Shown piece after piece: positions 10,840 through 21,201 of a stretch of DNA of 64,000 bases. The position numbers and the translations under genes were made by a program. Position 1 is the first letter of the stretch. Each line of letters starts with the position of its first letter. The DNA comes from Gammaproteobacteria bacterium. GTDB taxonomy: Bacteria; Pseudomonadota; Gammaproteobacteria; Ga0077536. Where the stretch lies: the NCBI GenBank assembly GCA_021773835.1, contig JAJFJQ010000060.1, positions 8,540 through 72,539 of the forward strand, written 5' to 3'. The notes beneath the pieces were generated by a model. The model was not told where the DNA came from, ran no database searches, and saw only the letters and a list, made by a program, of their open reading frames with translations.

Positions 10840-11850
10840 CTAATCAAAGTTGAGGCGATAAACCCGGGCGGCCGTACCACGAAACAGGTTGTCCTTCTCG
10901 GCCTCGGAATAAGGTGCCGCGATCTTCTTGAACGCATTCCACAGCACGGCATAGGACACCGATATTTTATCGACCGGAAAATTGCTTTCGAACATGCAGC
11001 GCTGCGGACCGAATACTTCGATTGCGTGTTGATAATGCCGCCGCTGTGCGGCCACAAGCTGATCCGAGGTCGGTGGTAACGCTTGTTGCTCAAAACCGAA
11101 CCCATTCCATGGCATTGCCAATCCCCCGAGCTTGATCGAGACGTTCGGACAACGGGCGAGCCCAGCCAAGTCAGCTGACCATTTGGAGTAGACCTCCTCG
11201 ACCCGATCAGCATACGGACCGACACCAAGCGGTGTGCCAAAGTGGTCCAATACAATGGTCGTTTCTGGAAACGCTTGCGCCAGCTCGGTCAAATATGGTG
11301 TCTGATGAAAATAATGCCAGGCATCGAAGCTAAGCCCCATTTCTCCCAGTATGGCGAAGCCTGCGCGAAAATCTGGATTTCGGTACAGGAAACCATCGGT
11401 AAAGCTGCCAAACTGAGGCACCGCGTCTGAAGGATCCCAGGCCGCGGATTGGCGGATCCCGCGAAACAACGAACTCGCAGCACGATGGGCTTCCAAGACG
11501 TCACGCACCGCGGGGCCGCGACGCAGATCGGCCGTACCGACCATCGCGCCAATTTGCGTCTTGTCGGGGTCCTGGCGGGCTTCGGTCGCAATGCTGTCGA
11601 CCCAGTCGGTTTCGCCAACCGGTTTCAGTGCCTCGGGCCCATCTTTTCGGTGGTGCTCCCCGCATTGCAGATAAACAGTTTGTTCGATTCGATGAGAGGC
11701 GGTGTCCGACCATAGGGCTGCAAGATCGTAGGGTTGGAAAAACTCGCTGGCCTCGAAAAAATGATGGTGCGGGTCGACGATGATGCGATCTGGCTCGATC
11801 GTCACTTCTGCAACCTGAGCGAGCCAATCTTCACGTACGGCGTCATTCAT
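10840..11850 (-). CDS. amidohydrolase_2 family metal-dependent hydrolase/lactonase
   Basis: VDPHHH, VLDHFG, RCMFESNFPVD, GTAARVYRL. Confidence 0.9.
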   Translation of the reverse strand: MNDAVREDWLAQVAEVTIEPDRIIVDPHHHFFEASEFFQPYDLAALWSDTASHRIEQTVYLQCGEHHRKDGPEALKPVGETDWVDSIATEARQDPDKTQIGAMVGTADLRRGPAVRDVLEAHRAASSLFRGIRQSAAWDPSDAVPQFGSFTDGFLYRNPDFRAGFAILGEMGLSFDAWHYFHQTPYLTELAQAFPETTIVLDHFGTPLGVGPYADRVEEVYSKWSADLAGLARCPNVSIKLGGLAMPWNGFGFEQQALPPTSDQLVAAQRRHYQHAIEVFGPQRCMFESNFPVDKISVSYAVLWNAFKKIAAPYSEAEKDNLFRGTAARVYRLNFD

Positions 11851-11866
11851 AAGCTTGTCAGGCCGC

Positions 11867-12283
11867 TCAAGGGAAAACGATCAACGCTTCACCAACAGCT
11901 TTTCGATTGTCCTGCTGATCGCAGCTGGCTACCTCGACCCGAACCAACTTCTCGCCGCCCTCCTCCAATTTCTCGATCACAGTGCCGGTACAACTCAGTG
12001 CATCTTGCAAATGCGTGATGCCGAGAAAGCGGAGATTGAACGATCGCAGCTGGCGCTGTGGTACCCAGCCCGTCAACAAACGACCCAAGTAAGCCATCGT
12101 CAACATGCCGTGGGCAAACACGTCTTCCTGACCCGCTTCGCGGGCGAAATCCAAATCGATGTGGATCGGATTATGATCGCCCGACGCGCCGGCAAAGAGC
12201 GCCAAAGTTGTACGCGTTATTGGTGGCACATCTAGCGCTGGTAGCTCGCTCCCGACATTTATGGATTCAAAAGTAATACTCAT
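11867..12283 (-). CDS. MaoC family (R)-enoyl-CoA hydratase/dehydratase
   Basis: SGDHNPIHID...FAHGML hydratase-2 motif. Confidence 0.92.
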   Translation of the reverse strand: MSITFESINVGSELPALDVPPITRTTLALFAGASGDHNPIHIDLDFAREAGQEDVFAHGMLTMAYLGRLLTGWVPQRQLRSFNLRFLGITHLQDALSCTGTVIEKLEEGGEKLVRVEVASCDQQDNRKAVGEALIVFP

Positions 12284-12295
12284 CTGCCTATGCCC

Positions 12296-12739
12296 TCAGC
12301 CGTTACGTTGGACGGTCGTGTTTTGTAGGTCGGCGACATGTACGCCATCCTGGTTCGTCACACGTGTCTTGCGCACGACGAATTCCAGCGCGCCGTTCTT
12401 TTTGTCATAGATATTGGCGACGCTTGTTGTGAAAGTGAGCTCATCACCAGCGCAAACGTCGGCGAAGTACACGAACAGTTGTTCGCCGTGCAACATCCGA
12501 CCCAGGTCCAGACCGAGCTCATCGATCCAGTGGAGCGGATCGGGTTTTTCATTATTCAAACAAAACAAAAAGCTCGGCGGTGCCGGCAATGCTGGATAAC
12601 CAGCGGCGCGGGCCGCACTTGCGTCGGTATAGATGGGGTCATCGTTACCGGTCGCCTTAGCGAAAAAACGTAGCCGTCCTACTTCAACGACGGCACTGTG
12701 CGACGGAAACTCATGCCCAATATGCGATTTGTCGATCAC
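12296..12739 (-). CDS. MaoC-like N-terminal hotdog dehydratase partner subunit
   Basis: VEVGRLRFFAKATG, APPSF, LHGEQ motifs; adjacent to MaoC. Confidence 0.88.
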   Translation of the reverse strand: MIDKSHIGHEFPSHSAVVEVGRLRFFAKATGNDDPIYTDASAARAAGYPALPAPPSFLFCLNNEKPDPLHWIDELGLDLGRMLHGEQLFVYFADVCAGDELTFTTSVANIYDKKNGALEFVVRKTRVTNQDGVHVADLQNTTVQRNG

Positions 12740-12942
12740 ACCCAAACCTCTCTATTCAATTGATGTTTATTTTAACCGCGTAATGGTAATGCATTTTCGG
12801 TTCCGCCAGCGCTAGCCACGGTTCCCGTGAGCAAGCCTGGTGTCGCGCGCGACGGTCGGTGACAATAGCCGACGGTTGCGTACCGAGCCAACGTCATCGC
12901 GGCCTAAATCCGCAAACATCGACCGTCATCTGGAGCACTAGA

Positions 12943-12972
12943 TTGAAAATTCGCGGGCGTCCGCTGTTGGCC
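12943..12972 (+). pseudogene. 5' fragment (10 codons, MKIRGRPLLA) of the IS-interrupted EamA gene
   Basis: TTG start after GGAG; joins in frame to CTGATCGGCATG at 14565 once the IS and one GGCC copy are removed. Confidence 0.75.
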
Positions 12973-14560
12973 GATTCTGTTGAAAAACTCTCGGAACTCT
13001 GACGGCGCTCGGTGATCTGATCATCGAAGTAGTCGTTAGGGGAATGTCGATGATGGGAGAGCGGACCGGGGGGCAGGATCGGTTTTTCTACGATTTCAAT
13101 CTCGACGAACGCATTCCGCATGACCACCTGCTTCGTCAGGTAGATGGAGTGCTCGATCTGAGCGATCTTCGCCAACAGCTCGCGTCGTATTACAGCCATA
13201 CCGGTCGCCCTTCGGTCGATCCAGAGCTAATGGTGCGGATGTTATTGATCGGCTATTGCTACGGCATCCGTTCGGAGCGGCGGTTGTGTGAGGAAGTCAG
13301 TTTAAACCTGGCTTACCGGTGGTTTTGTCGGTTAGGCCTTGAAGATGCCGTACCCGATCATTCAACGTTCTCAAAAAACCGGCATGGTCGTTTTAGGGAC
13401 GCTGATCTTCTGAGGACGGTCTTCGACACGGTAGTGGGTTGTTGCTATGACGAAGGTTTGATCAAGGGCGAGGGTTTTGCCACAGATGCGAGCTACATCA
13501 AAGCCGATGCATCCCGGCAACGTATGGTCGATGGCCCGGTAGATTGGACACCAGCGCCGACACAGTCACGGGCCGTCAGGGAATATCTGGACGCCTTAGA
13601 TAGCAATCCATTAGCAAGACGAACCCAGAAGAAAGTATCCGTCACAGACCCAATGGCGCAGTGGGCCGGCGACAAGGGACCGGGTCAATTTTATTACAGC
13701 ACCAATTACCTGATCGATATCGAACACAACATTATCGTCGATGTGGAAGCGACACCGGCTCATCGAACCGCCGAAGTCACCAGCACCCGGACGATGATTG
13801 ATCGAGTAGAGACGAAGCTGGATATCAAACCCAAACGACTCATCGCGGACACTTCCTACGGCTCTGCAGCGATGCTCGAATGGGTGGTTGAACAAAAACA
13901 AATCGAGCCGCACATTCCGGTGTGGGAAAAAGCGGTAACGACGCCAGGTATTTTTAGTCGAGCAGATTTCACCTGGGATAATGAAGCGGAGTGTTACCAT
14001 TGCCCGGGCGGTAATCGCTTGCAATCCGGAAGGCGGAACTTCAAAAACCCTCGCTCTCACGTCACGAAAGCGGACACAATTATTTATCGCTCAAGTCAGC
14101 CTGAGTGCAGAGTCTGCGAACTTAAAACTCGATGCTGCCCTAATACAACGTTTAGAAAAATCGCGCGCAGTGTTCACGAGTCGTCTCGCAATGTCGCCAG
14201 AGACATCAACGAAACTGACGAATACCGACAATCGCGAAAGGACAGAAAGAAAGTTGAAGTGCTGTTCGCGCACCTCAAACGGATCATGAACTTCGATCGA
14301 TTGCGACTTCGGGGTATTACTGGCGCAAGCGATGAATTTTTACTCGCCGCCACGGCCCAGAATCTGAAGAAACTCGCGCGACAAAAATATAAGCCACCCG
14401 ACCATGGGATAATTGCGCCCGCTTTATGCTAGATACCATTAACGACCATTAAACCAAGACCGAATCCACGCAAAACGTGGATAGCCGAGGTGACCTCGTT
14501 CCTGCACTAAATTACCGCAGGGGTAACAATCTTTTTTTCAGTGAGTTTTTCAACAGAATC
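12973..14560 (+). mobile_element. IS1182-family insertion sequence
   Basis: Perfect 18-bp terminal IRs GATTCTGTTGAAAAACTC / GAGTTTTTCAACAGAATC flanked by GGCC on both sides (12969-12972 and 14561-14564). Confidence 0.93.
13044..14432 (+). CDS. IS1182 family DDE transposase
   Basis: GRPSVDPE, SERRLCEE, PDHSTFS, ATDASYIKADAS, KKVEVLFAHLK. Confidence 0.95.
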   Translation: MSMMGERTGGQDRFFYDFNLDERIPHDHLLRQVDGVLDLSDLRQQLASYYSHTGRPSVDPELMVRMLLIGYCYGIRSERRLCEEVSLNLAYRWFCRLGLEDAVPDHSTFSKNRHGRFRDADLLRTVFDTVVGCCYDEGLIKGEGFATDASYIKADASRQRMVDGPVDWTPAPTQSRAVREYLDALDSNPLARRTQKKVSVTDPMAQWAGDKGPGQFYYSTNYLIDIEHNIIVDVEATPAHRTAEVTSTRTMIDRVETKLDIKPKRLIADTSYGSAAMLEWVVEQKQIEPHIPVWEKAVTTPGIFSRADFTWDNEAECYHCPGGNRLQSGRRNFKNPRSHVTKADTIIYRSSQPECRVCELKTRCCPNTTFRKIARSVHESSRNVARDINETDEYRQSRKDRKKVEVLFAHLKRIMNFDRLRLRGITGASDEFLLAATAQNLKKLARQKYKPPDHGIIAPALC

Positions 14561-15446
14561 GGCCCTGATCGGCATGTCGTTCCTATGGGGCTATTCCTGG
14601 ACCGGCATCAAAATAGGTTTGCTCGATGCGAGCCCATTCACGTTTGCGGCCTTGCGCATGGGGATCGGTGCAGCTTGCTTGTTGCTGGCATTGCCGCTCA
14701 CCGGGCGACCATTTTTGCCCCGACGGCTGCCTGAATTGCTCAAACTCGGACTGGTGCAGACCACCTGCCTCATGACCTTGTCCACCTGGGCGGTCTATGA
14801 GGGAACGGCCGGACGCGCTGCTTTCCTGGCCTACACCATGCCCTTTTTTACCCTCCTCATGGCGTGGCCAATGCTGGGCGAGCGGGTGCGCGGCCTTCAA
14901 TGGTTAGCAATCGTCTTGGCCGCCTTTGGTCTCGTGGTGATCGTTGAACCCTGGAATATGTCGGGGAAACTGATCAGCAGCCTGCTTGGCGTTGCCGTTG
15001 GATTCACCTGGGCGCTCGGCGCAATCATGGTCAAACGATTACAGCTGCGCGCACCAATGGATCTTATTTCGATGACGGCATGGCAAATGTTTTTGGGTTC
15101 GCTACCGTTGATCGTCGTGGCCATGCTGCTACCCGAGGCGCCGGTGGTGTGGTCCACTCGGTTTATCACCGTGTTGCTACTGGTGTCGGTCGTTACAACG
15201 GCATTCGGCTGGATCCTGTGGCTGTATGTACTCAACAACCTGCCGGCCGGCACGGCCAGCATGGGTACGCTCTCGGCACCGATTGTGGCAATGCTGTCCT
15301 CGTCATTTCACCTCGGCGAACGCCCCAGCACCGTCGAACTGATCGGGATCACGCTGATCGGCGGTGCATTGTTGATCTTAAGCCTTACCGCATTGCGCGA
15401 ACACCGTGAGCTCCCTAGCGCTACAGTACAAGGCGAGGGCGCGTAA
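14541..15446 (+). CDS. DMT/EamA family transporter; native N-terminus displaced by IS1182
   Basis: About 10 hydrophobic segments in two EamA repeats (LWGYSW, YTMPFF, LGERV, LGERPS); annotated GTG start lies inside the IS end. Confidence 0.85.
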   Translation: MSFSTESALIGMSFLWGYSWTGIKIGLLDASPFTFAALRMGIGAACLLLALPLTGRPFLPRRLPELLKLGLVQTTCLMTLSTWAVYEGTAGRAAFLAYTMPFFTLLMAWPMLGERVRGLQWLAIVLAAFGLVVIVEPWNMSGKLISSLLGVAVGFTWALGAIMVKRLQLRAPMDLISMTAWQMFLGSLPLIVVAMLLPEAPVVWSTRFITVLLLVSVVTTAFGWILWLYVLNNLPAGTASMGTLSAPIVAMLSSSFHLGERPSTVELIGITLIGGALLILSLTALREHRELPSATVQGEGA

Positions 15447-15453
15447 ACCGGGT

Positions 15454-17271
15454 TTAGATTTTCTGGTCCACACCCGCATCGTCGGGCGACGCATTTGAGT
15501 CGCGCCGACTCATTTCCTCACGCATAAGCTGATCGAAATCCTTACGCGATTGGATGACGCTTTGACGCATTCGATCCGGCTCATCGCGCAGTTCGAAAAG
15601 GCGCTCAAGCATGTCCTCATCGTGCTTGCGAAAGAATGCAACGGCGGCATAGGCATCATCATTTGAATAGCCGAGCAGTTTCAATACGCGTTCTGTCATC
15701 GCTAGCGACGAAAAAAAGGTTTCTCGCTCTACGTCCTTAACGCCACGTTCAAACAATTCATAGGCATGTGTCCGGTTCCGTGCCCTGGCCACGATTGGCA
15801 AGCTGGGGTATTTTGCCTTAACTACATCCACGATCTCCGTTGTCGCGTGCTGATCATCACAGGCAACGATAAGTAATCGTGCGTCTCCGATCCCGGCGGC
15901 CTCAAGCAGATCAGCGCGACGCGCGTCTCCGTAGTAGGCCTTATGCGCGTAACGTCGCGAGAGCTCAACCTGATCCGGGTCGTTGTCGATGACGGTGGCA
16001 TAGATATCGTTTGCGATAAGCATCCGTGAGATGACCTGGCCCATGCGGCCAACGCCAATCAGAATGACTGGATTTGATTCGTGTGGCATCTCTTCGACGG
16101 ATTCTTCTACGGTCATGCGTCGATCAATAAGCTTCTCGACCGCCACAATTAGTAACGGTGTGATTATCATCGATAAGCTCACCACGACGATCAGCGGGCC
16201 GCTGATGCTCGGATCGATCAAGTGCAAGCGATCGGCCAAACCAAAAATAACGAATGCAAACTCACCAACCTGGGCGACCAGTGCCGCTAACAATAGCGAC
16301 TGGTTGCCCGACAGGTGAAACCACTTTCCGACCAGTAGGAGCACGGCAAACTTGATCAACAAAATACCGCCGACCAAACCAATAATCAGTGGAAACTCCT
16401 CGCCAAGGAGACCGATATTGGTCGACATGCCGACGGCAATAAAAAAGAGCCCCATCAACAGGCCTTTAAACGGTTCGATCTCGATTTCAAGCTGCTGGCG
16501 ATACTCCGAATCAGCCAATACGACACCGGCAAGAAACGTCCCGAGTGCCATCGACAGCCCTACATATGCCATCAATAACGCGATCCCAATCACCAGCAAC
16601 AGCGCGAACGCCGTAAAAATCTCCCGCAATTCGGTTTTTGCGATAATGCGAAACACGTGACGCACGACATAGCGGCCGCCAATCAGTATCAAGCCAACTA
16701 CCGCGATGATGTGGATGAGGTTGATAGCGCCACCCGGCGTTGATTCGCCTGCCTTGTGCACCATCAACGGCATCAAGGCCAGCAACGGGATCACCGCGAG
16801 GTCCTGAAACAGCAATACGGCGAAAGCCGATTGCCCAGCGCTCGTTTGGGATAAATTTTTCTCTCCGACGAGTTGCATCGCCATTGCCGTAGACGACAGC
16901 GCCAGTGCTACAGCGACGATGAACAATGCCTTCATATCGTCGATGAAAAACCACCCAAACGCGGCAATTAAGCTCGCCGTCAGCAGGACTTGCAATGCAC
17001 CCAGACCGAATATTGCGTGGCGCAACGCCCACAACCGGCTCGGGTTGAGTTCGAGCCCGATCAGAAACAGTAGTAAAACGACACCGAATTCGGAGAAATG
17101 CAGGATCGTTTCCGCGTCATCGATGAGATGCAGACCCCACGGACCAATCACAATCCCGGCTATCAGGTACCCAATAACGGAGCCTAGGCCCAACCGTTTG
17201 GAGATCGGCACGGCAATGACTGCCGCCCCGAGGTAGACGACCGCATCGACCAGGATTTCAGCGCCCGCCAT
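15454..17271 (-). CDS. glutathione-regulated K+ efflux antiporter, KefB/KefC type (CPA2 + KTN domain)
   Basis: LGLGSVIGYL, SEFGVVLLLFLIGLEL, LLFQD, IEPFKGLLMGLFF, GVGRMGQ, YYGDA. Confidence 0.92.
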   Translation of the reverse strand: MAGAEILVDAVVYLGAAVIAVPISKRLGLGSVIGYLIAGIVIGPWGLHLIDDAETILHFSEFGVVLLLFLIGLELNPSRLWALRHAIFGLGALQVLLTASLIAAFGWFFIDDMKALFIVAVALALSSTAMAMQLVGEKNLSQTSAGQSAFAVLLFQDLAVIPLLALMPLMVHKAGESTPGGAINLIHIIAVVGLILIGGRYVVRHVFRIIAKTELREIFTAFALLLVIGIALLMAYVGLSMALGTFLAGVVLADSEYRQQLEIEIEPFKGLLMGLFFIAVGMSTNIGLLGEEFPLIIGLVGGILLIKFAVLLLVGKWFHLSGNQSLLLAALVAQVGEFAFVIFGLADRLHLIDPSISGPLIVVVSLSMIITPLLIVAVEKLIDRRMTVEESVEEMPHESNPVILIGVGRMGQVISRMLIANDIYATVIDNDPDQVELSRRYAHKAYYGDARRADLLEAAGIGDARLLIVACDDQHATTEIVDVVKAKYPSLPIVARARNRTHAYELFERGVKDVERETFFSSLAMTERVLKLLGYSNDDAYAAVAFFRKHDEDMLERLFELRDEPDRMRQSVIQSRKDFDQLMREEMSRRDSNASPDDAGVDQKI

Positions 17272-17425
17272 CAGGCTACAGACTCAAGCATCCGCAAATG
17301 ATACTCGACACCGGCCGCTTCGCGTTCGGGTAACATAGGTGTCGCTCGAATTTACCGTGAATAAAAATTCGCGCAGGTCAGTTCTGGTATATTTGTTCCG
17401 GCCCGGGTTCATAAAGGAGTTCGAC

Positions 17426-17908
17426 ATGGCATCTGATGCATTCAATGAAGGTATTACCGCGATGTATCAAGGCGAGGTACTTGGCGAAGCGCTTTTCGAT
17501 CGAATGCTAAAGTCGTTCGATGATCCCATGCAACGCTACAAGGTGGCAACTATGTTGCAACTAGAATCTGAAACCGTGGCACGCCTACGCCCCACCTTGA
17601 TGGAATTGGGTCTGGACTTGGGCGAGGCCGATACCTCCCGGGAGTCCGGGATTAAATGGGCAGATAGCCTCGACGGTCTCGCGTGGAACGAAGTAATGGT
17701 GAAGTTACGCGACGCGCTGCAACCTTATATCGAACACTACCGTGCGATCGTCGAGCAAGCGCCACCGCAATATCGAACAGTTGCGGAATCGATGGTTGTC
17801 CACGAGGAATCGCTGCGGACATTCACTGAACTTGAAATCGCCGGCGACACCGAACATTCGCTTGATGATGTAATCGCCCAGCTACACCACCCGTTACCTC
17901 GACCGTAG
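17426..17908 (+). CDS. hypothetical helical protein, possibly ferritin-like
   Basis: AAGGAG RBS before ATG 17426; GEVLGE, LESET and HEE acidic helical motifs. Confidence 0.6.
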   Translation: MASDAFNEGITAMYQGEVLGEALFDRMLKSFDDPMQRYKVATMLQLESETVARLRPTLMELGLDLGEADTSRESGIKWADSLDGLAWNEVMVKLRDALQPYIEHYRAIVEQAPPQYRTVAESMVVHEESLRTFTELEIAGDTEHSLDDVIAQLHHPLPRP

Positions 17909-17974
17909 GAATAATCTCAAATCAAAGTGCAAAGCGGTCCGACGGTCGACGCTTACCCCGCATAAACAGAACAA

Positions 17975-18292
17975 ATGAGCGAACAAGCTAAAACACCGTC
18001 CGGTCCCGCGGATAACGAGACATCCGCGCGCGTTGCATCGAGCTATTGGCGCGCAAACCTCCGGATCATCGCAGGCTTGTTGGCTGTGTGGTTCACCGTA
18101 TCTTTCGGCTTCGGGATCCTGCTCGTCGAACCGCTGAATCGAATCAACTTTTTTGGGTTCAAACTTGGGTTTTGGTGGGCTCAACAAGGCGCCATCTTTG
18201 TCTTCGTCGTACTGATCTTCGTCTACGTTCGCTTGATGCACAATCTCGACCGCCGCTTCGGCGTCAGTGACGACGATACGGATCCTAGCTAA
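17975..18292 (+). CDS. DUF4212 small membrane protein, partner of a solute symporter
   Basis: YWRANLR, GFKLGFWWAQQG; stop overlaps the symporter start (TAATG). Confidence 0.88.
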   Translation: MSEQAKTPSGPADNETSARVASSYWRANLRIIAGLLAVWFTVSFGFGILLVEPLNRINFFGFKLGFWWAQQGAIFVFVVLIFVYVRLMHNLDRRFGVSDDDTDPS

Positions 18293-20070
18293 TGGACGCA
18301 CAAACATTAACTTACCTTTTCGTCGGCATGAGTTTCGCGCTGTACATCGGTATCGCGATTTGGTCTCGCGCAGCGTCAACGAACGATTTTTATGTTGCCG
18401 GCGGCGGCGTGCATCCGATCGCCAATGGCATGGCAACGGCTGCGGATTGGATGAGTGCGGCATCATTCATCTCCATGGCTGGGATCATCTCGTTCATGGG
18501 TTACGACGGCGCCGTCTATCTTATGGGTTGGACCGGCGGCTATGTGTTGCTGGCAATGCTGCTTGCGCCCTATCTACGCAAGTTTGGAGAGTTCACGGTG
18601 CCAGACTTTATCGGCACGCGGTACTACTCCAATACAGCGAGAGTTGTCGCCGTTATTAGCCTTATTGTGATTTCGTTTACCTATGTTGCCGGGCAAATGC
18701 GCGGCGTCGGCATCGTTTTCTCTCAATTTCTCGACATCCCCATCAGTTGGGGCGTGGCAGTCGGCATGGCCGTGGTTTTTATGTACGCAGTCCTCGGTGG
18801 GATGAAGGGCATCACCTATACGCAAGTTGCGCAGTATTGCGTCCTAATATTTGCCTACTTGGTCCCGGCCATATTTATTTCCTTACTCATCACCGGCGTC
18901 CCTGTTCCGCAAATTGGATTGGGTTCTGTGGTTAATGATGGATCTGGTTTATCGGTCTTGCAGAAACTCGACACCACCTTGATCGAACTTGGTTTCACCG
19001 CGTATACCGAAGGCAGTAAGTCGACGATCGATGTGTTCGCCATCACCATGGCGCTGATGCTCGGTACCGCAGGGTTGCCGCATGTGATCGTGCGATTCTT
19101 TACCGTGCCGAAGGTGTCTGATGCGCGAAAATCGGCCGGCTACGCTTTGTTTTTTATTGCGCTACTGTACACAACAGCACCGGCTGTGGGCGCGTTCGCA
19201 CGACTCAACTTTATCGACACCATCAATGACGCGCCTTACACGCAAGTCGCAGCCTGGTTCACTAATTGGGAAGACGTCGGGCTCATTGGTTGGCAAGATA
19301 AAAATGGGGATGGCCGCATTCAGTACGGTCCGGGTGCACCGTTCAAGGGTAAACCAAGTTTTGACGACAATGCGCGCGGCGCTTCCGGAGAGCGCGTTGT
19401 CGTCAATCCATCAGTGCCAACGACAAATGAAGTGTATGTCGACCGTGACATCATGGTACTGGCTAATCCCGAAATAGCGGATCTCGCGCCATGGGTCATT
19501 GCATTGGTTGCGGCGGGCAGCCTTGCGGCTGCACTGTCGACGGCCGCAGGTCTTCTATTAGTGATATCCGCAGCCGTGTCGCACGACTTGCTTAAGAAAA
19601 CCTTTGCGCGTGGGATCAGCGATCGCCAAGAATTACGCTATGCACGCATTGCTGCAGCAACTGCGATTGGCATCGCCGGTTATTTAGGGATCCATCCACC
19701 CGGATTCGTTGCGCAAGTTGTCGCTTTCGCTTTTGGTTTGGCAGCGGCTTCATTATTTCCACCAATCTTGCTTGGGATTTTTTCAACCCGCATGAATGTC
19801 GCCGGTGCCGTCGCCGGCATGATCGTGGGACTCGCGTTTACATTTTCCTATATCGTGTACTTCAAAATGATTGCGCCCGAGTTCAATAGCCCAGAACACT
19901 GGTGGTTCGGTATATCGCCAGAGGGGATTGGGGTCGTGGGTGCCGCGCTAAATATAGCCGCCGCCTGGGCCGTCGCATACTTGACCCCGCCGCCGCCGAC
20001 TTCCGTGCGGCAGATGATCGAGGACATCCGCATCCCGATCGGCGTTAGCGCGCCGCACAACCATCCTTAG
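18292..20070 (+). CDS. sodium:solute symporter (ActP-like, monocarboxylate/acetate)
   Basis: NGMATAADWMSAASF, GGMKGITYTQVAQY, GTAGLPHVIVRFFT. Confidence 0.92.
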   Translation: MDAQTLTYLFVGMSFALYIGIAIWSRAASTNDFYVAGGGVHPIANGMATAADWMSAASFISMAGIISFMGYDGAVYLMGWTGGYVLLAMLLAPYLRKFGEFTVPDFIGTRYYSNTARVVAVISLIVISFTYVAGQMRGVGIVFSQFLDIPISWGVAVGMAVVFMYAVLGGMKGITYTQVAQYCVLIFAYLVPAIFISLLITGVPVPQIGLGSVVNDGSGLSVLQKLDTTLIELGFTAYTEGSKSTIDVFAITMALMLGTAGLPHVIVRFFTVPKVSDARKSAGYALFFIALLYTTAPAVGAFARLNFIDTINDAPYTQVAAWFTNWEDVGLIGWQDKNGDGRIQYGPGAPFKGKPSFDDNARGASGERVVVNPSVPTTNEVYVDRDIMVLANPEIADLAPWVIALVAAGSLAAALSTAAGLLLVISAAVSHDLLKKTFARGISDRQELRYARIAAATAIGIAGYLGIHPPGFVAQVVAFAFGLAAASLFPPILLGIFSTRMNVAGAVAGMIVGLAFTFSYIVYFKMIAPEFNSPEHWWFGISPEGIGVVGAALNIAAAWAVAYLTPPPPTSVRQMIEDIRIPIGVSAPHNHP

Positions 20071-20092
20071 CGCCGGCTACTTGGGCGACGGT

Positions 20093-21094
20093 CTAGCGAA
20101 GCTGTGGCATCACTGATGTCGCGAATCGGTTTAACGACTCCATGATGAGCGAATGGGCAAGTCCACCCATGTTGCTAAAGAAAATCACATACTCAATCCC
20201 GAGGTCACGTACCTCCTGCAATTTCTCGATGCAGGTTTCGGATCCGCAGATCATCGCGCTCGCCCGAATGGCACTGCTATCGAACGGCATCGGTGACGCA
20301 TTGCCGGTGGGCGATTCCGCTACCTTACGCGCTAGGGCAAGAAATTCTTCGTAAGCGGGTCCCGCCTCGTCCCACGCACTCGCGTCATCAACCCCAAGGT
20401 GCATACCGCGGGCCAGGATCAGTTTTTCTGGATCAAAGGGCTTGCCGCGCCGCTCAAACGCAGCCCGATACCCAGTCACCCAATGTGCGACTGTTTCGAT
20501 CGGAACCGCCTGTGGCAACATCACACCCCAGCCGTGCTCAACACACAGGTCAAAACCGTCGTCGCTCACGGTCGCCATCCAGATCGGCGGATGCGGCTTT
20601 TGTGACGGCTGCGGCTGGGGCCGGGCGTTGCGGTATTGCCAATATTTCCCGGCATGGGTCAAGGGATCGTCGCTCTTCCAGGTTCGCAGAATGACGTCGA
20701 TCGCTTCGTCGAAACGCTCGACGCGATCGTCTAAGGATTTACCGAAGCCGTCGAACTCGCCCCATTGATAACCGCGCCCAATGCCAAATTCAAATCGTCC
20801 ACCAGAAAGCTGATCGACGAGTGCTACGGACTCCGCTAATCGCACGGGATCATGCAGCGGCAATACACTGACCGCGGTGCCCAATCGGACCTGTTTTGTT
20901 TGTGCTGCAATATAGGCGAGCATCGACAGGTTATCCGGCACGATCCCGTGTCGGCTGAAATGATGCTCGGTCATGAATACCGATTCGTAGCCGAGTTCGT
21001 CAGCGAGCACGCTTTGTGCAACGGCATCGTGCAAACGGACTTGTTGATCGGTGCCTTCAGGCCATTGAGCGGATTGGAATATACCGAAACGCAT
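20093..21094 (-). CDS. LLM class flavin-dependent oxidoreductase
   Basis: FMTEHHF, LPLHDPVRLAE, SGGRFEFGIGRGY. Confidence 0.92.
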   Translation of the reverse strand: MRFGIFQSAQWPEGTDQQVRLHDAVAQSVLADELGYESVFMTEHHFSRHGIVPDNLSMLAYIAAQTKQVRLGTAVSVLPLHDPVRLAESVALVDQLSGGRFEFGIGRGYQWGEFDGFGKSLDDRVERFDEAIDVILRTWKSDDPLTHAGKYWQYRNARPQPQPSQKPHPPIWMATVSDDGFDLCVEHGWGVMLPQAVPIETVAHWVTGYRAAFERRGKPFDPEKLILARGMHLGVDDASAWDEAGPAYEEFLALARKVAESPTGNASPMPFDSSAIRASAMICGSETCIEKLQEVRDLGIEYVIFFSNMGGLAHSLIMESLNRFATSVMPQLR

Positions 21095-21201
21095 AATTGG
21101 ATTATCGAGAACTTATACACATGGGGGAGGCCACAGGCACAGCTTCAGTTATTTTCGTTCGTACACGCATAAGCTGCCCGGGGGACCGGCACTATAAGTG
21201 C

